Positions 57,286 through 64,000 of a stretch of DNA of 64,000 bases are shown in pieces. The notes below the pieces were generated by a model. It worked only from the letters and a program-made list of their open reading frames with translations. It ran no database searches and had not been told where the DNA came from. Within the stretch, counting starts at the first letter, position 1. Each line of letters starts with the position of its first letter. The stretch is from assembly GCA_965197925.1 (NCBI GenBank), contig CBDAOC010000020.1, positions 96,001 through 160,000 of the forward strand, read 5' to 3'. Origin of the DNA: Nitrososphaerales archaeon (lineage in GTDB: Archaea; Thermoproteota; Nitrososphaeria; Nitrososphaerales; UBA213). The position numbers and the translations under genes were made by a program.

Positions 57286-57987
57286 TCACTGTTTTTTAGC
57301 CTTCCTTTCTATTGTCAACAATGCTTGTCTGAACAAAGTAACCATCAGCATCGCTTCCTTGGATGTCAGTAGATTCCTTCCCAAGAACCTCTTGAGTGCA
57401 ATTGCAAGTAAATTCTTCTTATGCCTTCTGTAACCAGTTGTATCTGCTAATCTCAGTGTATAATTAATTAAAAGCTCCCTTTCATGAACTGTGGCCAAAT
57501 TCCTCTTCTTCTTCAAACTATTTCTCTTTGTTTCAAATAATAATATAGCAAGGGCATGCGAAATGTTTAGTGTCTTATATGATGTGCCCGTGTCTATGTT
57601 AACTACTATATCACATGCTGATAATTCTGCATTATTCAAACCCGTTGACTCTCTTCCCAATATCAAACAAATACTCTGCCTCGAATTTACAAGGTTTTGA
57701 GCAAGCTGACCAGGACTTATAGAATCCCTTGTTACGTTTGATCTATCACTTGAAAGTATAGCTGTTGTGCCAATTAACCAATCAAACTCAAGTAGGTCAT
57801 TGAAAGTAATGGTTTTTGCCTTGTAAAGCAAATCTTTGCCATGCACTGCAAACACTACTGCCTTCTTTACATCAAATTTTGGATTCACTAATAACAGATC
57901 ATGAATTCCAAAATTCTTCATAACTCTTGCAACTTGGCCAACATTAACCTCATGTTCCGGTTCTATCATTGCTACACTCAGCTTCAT
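57286..57987 (-). CDS. trmJ: SPOUT tRNA (C32/U32-2'-O) methyltransferase, TrmJ/LasT family
   Basis: NVGQVARVMKNFG, GRE..GL.N.EL and LNISHA. Confidence 0.85.
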   Translation of the reverse strand: MKLSVAMIEPEHEVNVGQVARVMKNFGIHDLLLVNPKFDVKKAVVFAVHGKDLLYKAKTITFNDLLEFDWLIGTTAILSSDRSNVTRDSISPGQLAQNLVNSRQSICLILGRESTGLNNAELSACDIVVNIDTGTSYKTLNISHALAILLFETKRNSLKKKRNLATVHERELLINYTLRLADTTGYRRHKKNLLAIALKRFLGRNLLTSKEAMLMVTLFRQALLTIERKAKKQ

Positions 57988-58068
57988 AACAGCTTTTACT
58001 TAGAGGATCAATTTTAAGTTGTAACTTGGTCACTAGACTTTTAAAATAGTCTTAATGTAATTCGTATT

Positions 58069-58869
58069 GTGCAGTTGAAATTTACGAGTGTGATGAACTA
58101 TAGAGTCAGATATGCTAGGACTGGACGTGGCACTAACGAAGTGTTACTCATACACGGATTAGGCGGATCCGCATTAAGTTGGACATATAACTTGCGTGAA
58201 CTTTCAAAACATTTTCAGGTATTTGCACCTGATTTGATCGGCTTTGGAAAAAGTGATAGACCGAAGATCAGATATGATATGAAAATGTTTTTAAAATTTG
58301 TTAAAAGGTTTATGGATCGTGTTGGGATCAAGAAAGCTAATATCGTAGGATCATCAATGGGAGGGCAGATTGCTGCGGAATTTGCTTTGTCATATCCATC
58401 AAGAGTACAAAAACTTGTACTTGTGAGTCCTGCTGGCATACCACCAAGAGAGTTCAAAGGTACCGGTGAATTAAAGAGATATGCTAAGATTCTTGATGCA
58501 AAGAGTTTTGATGAGACGAGGAAGGCTCTCACGCCTGTAGATTCAAGTGGTATTTCCATTACCGATGATTATGTTAGCAGTGTTTACGATTATGTCAGAA
58601 GTCCAGGAGTAAAACATGCATTCCTTTCTTCACTACAAGGAAGTGCTAAAGCACCAAGGCTTGCAAGTAGACTAAAATCAATCAAGGTAAAAACGCTTGT
58701 AGTTTGGGGTAAGAATGATAATCTGATTCCAGTGAAGTACTGCGAACCTTTCATTTCAAGAGCTGATAACTTTAGACTGTTGCTAATAGAAAGATGTGGA
58801 CACAGACCACATGCTGAAAGACCTGATATATTCAATAGTGCCGTAATAGACTTTCTAAAAGAGAATTAA
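58069..58869 (+). CDS. Alpha/beta fold hydrolase
   Basis: LIHGLGG, DLIGFGKS, GSSMGG, WG..D and GH.PH.E.P. Confidence 0.9.
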   Translation: MQLKFTSVMNYRVRYARTGRGTNEVLLIHGLGGSALSWTYNLRELSKHFQVFAPDLIGFGKSDRPKIRYDMKMFLKFVKRFMDRVGIKKANIVGSSMGGQIAAEFALSYPSRVQKLVLVSPAGIPPREFKGTGELKRYAKILDAKSFDETRKALTPVDSSGISITDDYVSSVYDYVRSPGVKHAFLSSLQGSAKAPRLASRLKSIKVKTLVVWGKNDNLIPVKYCEPFISRADNFRLLLIERCGHRPHAERPDIFNSAVIDFLKEN

Positions 58870-58879
58870 GGTGTTAAGT

Positions 58880-60553
58880 TTACACACCAGTAAGGCTTGT
58901 GCCTATTTCCATTGACTCATGCATCTCACTCATTGCACAACCAAATTCTGATTGTGTCTTCCCCCTTCTGAGCAAGCCCCTGTACAATCCTTCCTCTAAT
59001 TTTTCTCCATGCGCATTCTCCCATTCCTCTACTCCATAACCATATTTTTTCTGTATTCTATCCCTATACCATTCCGGTATGACGTTAAATGCACAGAACG
59101 GTATTATTCTCATATCTGGAGTCAAATAGTGAATATCGCACCTTTGTAACCTTTCGAGATCTTCATTGTATTTGTCTTGGAAATGCATCATACCAAGGAA
59201 TAGGCTCCTGCCATGCCATGAACCAACTGAATCAAAACTCCTCTTCATCAGTATACTAGCAAACATCTTCGCAAGATCCAACCCCCTTGGTTGCCTACTC
59301 CTGTCAACAAATGAATTTAGTTTTCTCACAACTTCCAACATCGTAAGGTATCTGTTCCTACCAGATTTAATTTCATCTGATTTTTCTTCAAAGTATTCCA
59401 GCAATCCCTTGATATCTACGAAGGATGTGAGTGGGACAAGTCTCCTTGTTTCAGCGTCCTCAAACACATACGTTCCTGCTCCACACGCAAAGTGTATGCT
59501 TAACTCATATTTCGGACTCTTGCTAAATTGCTCGACTACATTTGTGAGTGGCATACAGCTCGGGACAGGGAACCACGTATCCTCTGGAATTTCACCATTT
59601 GTTTGCTCCTCAATCCTCTTTATGCAATCTGGTATAGTAATTCTATACTTCTCTCGCTCCTTCTTTGTCATCCTTCCAGTCAATGACACTGGTTGGAAGT
59701 TAACGGCGTGAACAACATCAAGGTGTTTCTGCGCATATCTTATAATTCCACCCAGTTCATGGTCATTTATCGATTTAATTACTGTTGGAACGAAAACAAT
59801 ATTCATTCCATTCTTCCTTGAATTTTCTAATGTATAAGGTACTTCCCAATGATTCTTTGGGTTTGTTCTTGGTGTAACACCATCAAAACTCAAGTACAGA
59901 TTACTTACACCAGCTTCCCTGATCTGTCTCATAAGATCAGGATCAACTGCCAATCGTATTCCATTGGTATTCATCTGTATGTGATCTATTCCTTCCTCCT
60001 TCAAAATTTTTACAACATCAAATATATTTTCTCTTAGCATTGGCTCTCCGCCAGTGATCTGTAATGAATTACCTGGAATTGGCCTTTCAGCCTTTAATGT
60101 CTTGGCCATTGCTCTTACCTGCTCTAATGATGGCTCATAAAGGTAAGCACCTTCAAGACCCTTCTTTACATAGAAAAAGCAATACCAACAAGTCAGATCA
60201 CATCTGTTTGTAATTATAATGTTAGCCAAACCAGAGTGACTCAAGTGATTTGTACACAAGCCACAATTCATTGGGCATGAACATTTGTCAATCATAACAT
60301 TCGGCGCTTGTGCACCCTTGCCATCCATCCAGTAGGTGCTGAATTTCTGGTACATTTCATAAGAACCAAAGTAAAGTTCCTCACACTCACCATGGGTTGG
60401 GCATGTTTTTGTCATGTAAACTTTATCATCGCGCTCAAACACCTCAGCATCCAAAATCATGTTGCAATCTGGACAGATGCTTTGAGTATACCGTATTGTC
60501 TTGCGTTCTTCCTTCTTTTTAGAAATCGTAGACGTAATTTGAATTAGATCCAT
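58880..60553 (-). CDS. tes: Radical SAM tetraether (GDGT) lipid synthase
   Basis: N-terminal CxxC..CPxHG, CPxNCGLCxxH, CDLTCWYC radical-SAM motif, and C-terminal MHFQD.YN.D..R..RC.IHY...IPFC.FN. Confidence 0.88.
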   Translation of the reverse strand: MDLIQITSTISKKKEERKTIRYTQSICPDCNMILDAEVFERDDKVYMTKTCPTHGECEELYFGSYEMYQKFSTYWMDGKGAQAPNVMIDKCSCPMNCGLCTNHLSHSGLANIIITNRCDLTCWYCFFYVKKGLEGAYLYEPSLEQVRAMAKTLKAERPIPGNSLQITGGEPMLRENIFDVVKILKEEGIDHIQMNTNGIRLAVDPDLMRQIREAGVSNLYLSFDGVTPRTNPKNHWEVPYTLENSRKNGMNIVFVPTVIKSINDHELGGIIRYAQKHLDVVHAVNFQPVSLTGRMTKKEREKYRITIPDCIKRIEEQTNGEIPEDTWFPVPSCMPLTNVVEQFSKSPKYELSIHFACGAGTYVFEDAETRRLVPLTSFVDIKGLLEYFEEKSDEIKSGRNRYLTMLEVVRKLNSFVDRSRQPRGLDLAKMFASILMKRSFDSVGSWHGRSLFLGMMHFQDKYNEDLERLQRCDIHYLTPDMRIIPFCAFNVIPEWYRDRIQKKYGYGVEEWENAHGEKLEEGLYRGLLRRGKTQSEFGCAMSEMHESMEIGTSLTGV

Positions 60554-60838
60554 CCTAGCTCCACACAATTCAGAAAGCTTGATTTTTAGAATATAAGTTT
60601 ATTCGATGAAAACATACGGTGAATAGTAGGATTTTGCACATAGGAAAATGAAGGAAGTTACAACCCATATACATTCCAACAAAGAATGACAGCTGTATCG
60701 CTAGCAATTTACCAATATTGGATTTACCAAGTATCCTCATAGAAATTGAGAATGTTAGATCATAAGATTATTTGCTTTGATCATTAATGCAGAAAAGTTG
60801 ATTACACATATTAATACCAAAGAGAGGATTAACTAACT

Positions 60839-61600
60839 ATGCTTAGTGACAAGGCCCATAGGGCCATGGAGAGTCTAGGCTTAACAAACTACGAAATTAA
60901 GGTCTATATTTCTCTTATTAATGAAGGTATTATGACAGCGCAGGAATTGAGTAAAAAATCAGCAGTGCCCTATAGCAAGATTTATGAGGTTGTCAGAAGG
61001 TTGGGAGATAAAGGATGGATTGATTCAGATAGTTCTAGACCTACAAGATTCTACCCAAAATCACCAACTACAGCACTTGAAGCTATGCGAATGCGTATTG
61101 AACACCAAGTTAAAGAGCATGAAAGCATTTTGATCCAAGAACTGACATCGACATATGAAAGGAGTGGTGTTAAGGAAATGCCTGAGATTTGGGTTCTTAG
61201 GGGACTGTACAATATAGCTGCTAAGGTCAAGGAAATAATGCAGAATTGTGAAAAGGAGCTTTTGCTGGCATTACCAGCAGTAGCGGAAAGTGTTACAAAG
61301 CCATTACAGCCAACAATCAGAACGTTGTATGAAAAAGGCGTGAAGATAACGGTACTTGCATCGGAAAATGCTACCGCTGATTCTGTGAAAGCGCTATGTA
61401 GAATAGGAGAAGTGAGGGTCAAGAATAGTATGTTTGGGGGAGGAGTCATAAGTGATGGAAGTCAAGTTATTATGCTTTTGGGGTCAGAAAAGAGCGGTAG
61501 TACCCACGAACCTTTGGCCATATGGGCGGAGCACATAGGATTGGCGAACTTTGCAAAAGAATACTTTGAGTACTTGTGGAAAGATGCTAAATCTGTGTAA
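60839..61600 (+). CDS. TrmB family transcriptional regulator
   Basis: LGLT.YE.KVY..L, S.VP.SKIYEV...L..KGW, and a PLD-like C-terminus. Confidence 0.9.
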   Translation: MLSDKAHRAMESLGLTNYEIKVYISLINEGIMTAQELSKKSAVPYSKIYEVVRRLGDKGWIDSDSSRPTRFYPKSPTTALEAMRMRIEHQVKEHESILIQELTSTYERSGVKEMPEIWVLRGLYNIAAKVKEIMQNCEKELLLALPAVAESVTKPLQPTIRTLYEKGVKITVLASENATADSVKALCRIGEVRVKNSMFGGGVISDGSQVIMLLGSEKSGSTHEPLAIWAEHIGLANFAKEYFEYLWKDAKSV

Positions 61601-61647
61601 ATACAGGTATATTTAATTAAGTATATCCTCAATCTAAATCGAGAGAA

Positions 61648-62118
61648 ATGGGTAACGCCAACGGTGAAATACTTTTTGTTGGTACGGCCGAATCTGAGCA
61701 TGTTGAAATGTATCTCAAGGCCATATGGTGGATCAGGGAACGGACGGTAGGGATCAGGGTCAGTTCTATCGCAAGGATCTTAAATGTCACACAACCTAGT
61801 GTTGTTCAAATGCTCAAAAAACTTGATGAGATGAATTTGGTTACATACAATAAGACTGGTGTATATCTTACAACTGAAGGTGAAAGAATAGGTAAAGTGA
61901 TGATTAGAAATTGTAGGTTATTGGAAGTTATGATGTTGAACGCATTGAAGATTGAAATTGATGAAGAAATGGTGTGTGGAATAGAGCATCACATGAATAA
62001 GAAATTTACAGATGCTTTATGCACTTTGCTTAAACATCCAAGGATTTGTCCACATGATCATGAAATACCTGAGGGCAGTTGTTGCAGGAATAAAAAAGAA
62101 ATGGAATTCTTTTCATAA
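61648..62118 (+). CDS. DtxR/MntR metal-dependent regulator
   Basis: E.YLKAI, IA..LNV..PSV..ML..L, RLLE, IEH and P..CPH...IP. Confidence 0.92.
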   Translation: MGNANGEILFVGTAESEHVEMYLKAIWWIRERTVGIRVSSIARILNVTQPSVVQMLKKLDEMNLVTYNKTGVYLTTEGERIGKVMIRNCRLLEVMMLNALKIEIDEEMVCGIEHHMNKKFTDALCTLLKHPRICPHDHEIPEGSCCRNKKEMEFFS

Positions 62119-62147
62119 TTCCTTTCTTCAACCTATGCATCATCAAA

Positions 62148-62717
62148 CTATCTTATTTTACCCATTACATTTAGTCTAAAATCTACTATGTCATTAGGAT
62201 CCAGCAGAACTATGTTACCGTCATCCTCTATTATGATACTTCCCTTTTTCTTGTCACTTGGATAAGCCTTGATCGATGAACCATCACTTCGAGTAAAGTT
62301 ATAACTAACGCCTGCAGAAGCCCTGTCTATAGCCATTAGAAATTCTTTAGCATCATCGCTATTTGGTATTTTAATACCTTCTTCATCAGACTGTGCGATT
62401 TTACGAATTACATTCAACCTAAGATCTGCCGCATCGCCAGGACTCAATCGAACCCAGTTACCTGCAGCTCTCTCTATTACTATACTTCCCTTCTTCTTGT
62501 CACTTGGATAAGCCTTGATCGATGAACCATCACTTCGAGTAAAGTTATAACTAACGCCTGCAGAAGCCCTGTCTATAGCCATTAGAAAGTCCATGACATC
62601 ATTTCCGCCGTGCATTACAACACCAGCTCTACTTCCCCTCGTAAGACCACCTGTACTCCCAGCATCACTTGACTTGATAATCCAACCTCCTTTATCTTTT
62701 ACAAGATCAGCGGTCAT
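62148..62717 (-). CDS. Hypothetical protein with an internal two-domain repeat
   Basis: FLMAIDRASAGVSYNFTRSDGSSIKAYPSDKKKGSI occurs twice, 82 aa apart. Confidence 0.75.
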   Translation of the reverse strand: MTADLVKDKGGWIIKSSDAGSTGGLTRGSRAGVVMHGGNDVMDFLMAIDRASAGVSYNFTRSDGSSIKAYPSDKKKGSIVIERAAGNWVRLSPGDAADLRLNVIRKIAQSDEEGIKIPNSDDAKEFLMAIDRASAGVSYNFTRSDGSSIKAYPSDKKKGSIIIEDDGNIVLLDPNDIVDFRLNVMGKIR

Positions 62718-62763
62718 ACCATTGCTAAATTAGGACTCAAGTTATAAGGTTTTTGGGAACTAC

Positions 62764-63840
62764 GCTATGTCGAATAATTAACCAGAAGAACTTGAATATT
62801 TGATAGTTATTATAAATGAGATTATGATCAGTTATTATAAATGAGATTATGATCAGTTATTATAAATGAGATTATGATCAGTTATTATAAATGAGATTAT
62901 GATCAGTTATTATAAATGAGATTCATGCCTGATATGAACAGGAAAGGATACAATGTACTGATAAGAAGAGGAGAGATACTTCTTGATATGGATTTTATAG
63001 ATTCATGGCCTGTCGAATTAGCAAGAATTAATGAAGGTAAGGTAGGTAAGCCATTCGTGTATCCAGAATCATTTCTAGAGATGCTTTTCTGTTGTGCATG
63101 ATTACCTGCTGCTATAAAGCAGTTAGAAGGATTCACAAGGGTGAAATAAGTAAACATGTAAGGGGATTGAATACACTTGACTTCAGAAGCATAACGTGGA
63201 GGGTAGTGAAGATGGACATTAAGATAGACCCATCAATTATGAAGGAGGAAGTTATTGTAATAGCTGCAGATGCCTCTGGCATAAGGGTAGCAAACAGGGG
63301 AGAATTGTTAAGGAGGAAGTGGTATAAGGGGATTCATCAAGATGCATATAGCTGTGGATAAGGAAAGCAAAGAGTAGTTGTAATGAGGGAAACTAAGCAT
63401 GTACATAAGGGTAAGAAGATGATACCTATGATAAAAAAAAAAAGTGTTGAAGAAGATATTGTGACCAAAGTGATAGCAGATGTAGCTTATAATTCTATAA
63501 GGAACTTCAGCCTTCCCGATAACTGTATTGAACCAGTGATAAGGGGAAGGAGTAATGCATTGATAAAGGCAAAGGGAATGTATGTCAAGGAAGCTATCAG
63601 TAATAGAGCAGAAGGAGGGTCTAGATGCAAGAAGTAAAATTAAGAATATGGCCGCAGATGGAGGGCAGAATCGGTTTTCTCTGCTTTCAAGTGTATCTTT
63701 GGTGAAGATGTGAAAGTAGTCAAGGGAAAAATATGGTGAAGGAACTGTTGCTACAAGCATTCCATATACAACATGTTCATTGCAATAAATCCAAAAGGGG
63801 TTGGATAACTGTTATAATAACGTAATTTTTTGACATAGCA
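62764..63840 (+). mobile_element. IS5-family (IS903-like) element with a degenerate transposase
   Basis: IRs GCTATGTCGAATAATTA / TAATTTTTTGACATAGC and flanks GGGAACTAC / GGGATCTAC (8/9 TSD). Fragments RRGE..., DASGI...RGE and AD.AY. Confidence 0.8.
62805..62923. repeat. Perfect 25-bp tandem repeat, 4 copies plus 19 bp, inside the IS leader
   Basis: Unit AGTTATTATAAATGAGATTATGATC. Confidence 0.93.
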
Positions 63841-64000
63841 GGGATCTACAATACTTTTCACACACATTCATTTTATACCTCATATTATATCGCATGAACA
63901 AACACACCTTGCTTTGAAATAATTGAATTTAATATTAAGAAGATGTAAAACCCTTTCCTTGTTGAAGAATCAATATAATATTAATTATTCAAATCCTCCT

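Noticed and set aside
62805..62923. Possible CRISPR array (25-bp repeats)
   Set aside because: There are no spacers, and the array lies inside an IS.

Overview
AT-rich archaeal DNA, most consistent with a Nitrososphaeria (Thaumarchaeota) genome. This is inferred from the tetraether synthase, TiaS, Pth2, PEF-CTERM and PqqD-DUF59 proteins, TATA promoters and BHB-type tRNA introns. Intact housekeeping genes (deoxyhypusine-synthase-like, speB, tiaS, pth2, mtnA, trmJ, tes, TrmB and DtxR regulators) are interleaved with about 11 IS copies or fragments, many single-lesion pseudogenes, a decayed integrated element and an IS-scrambled surface-glycan cluster. The standout feature is a cryptic initiator tRNA-Met(CAT) at 3477-3669. 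It is split into six exons by five introns (positions 4/5, ~21/22, 37/38, 52/53, 59/60), each with a bulge-helix-bulge-like junction, and removing them rebuilds a canonical 75-nt tRNA. Other notable items: a ~0.9-kb non-coding, helically phased AATAACGT array ending in a perfect 32-bp x10 tandem repeat near an integrase/att remnant, and a secreted MepA-like (LAS) peptidase frameshifted by a single 11-bp duplication.
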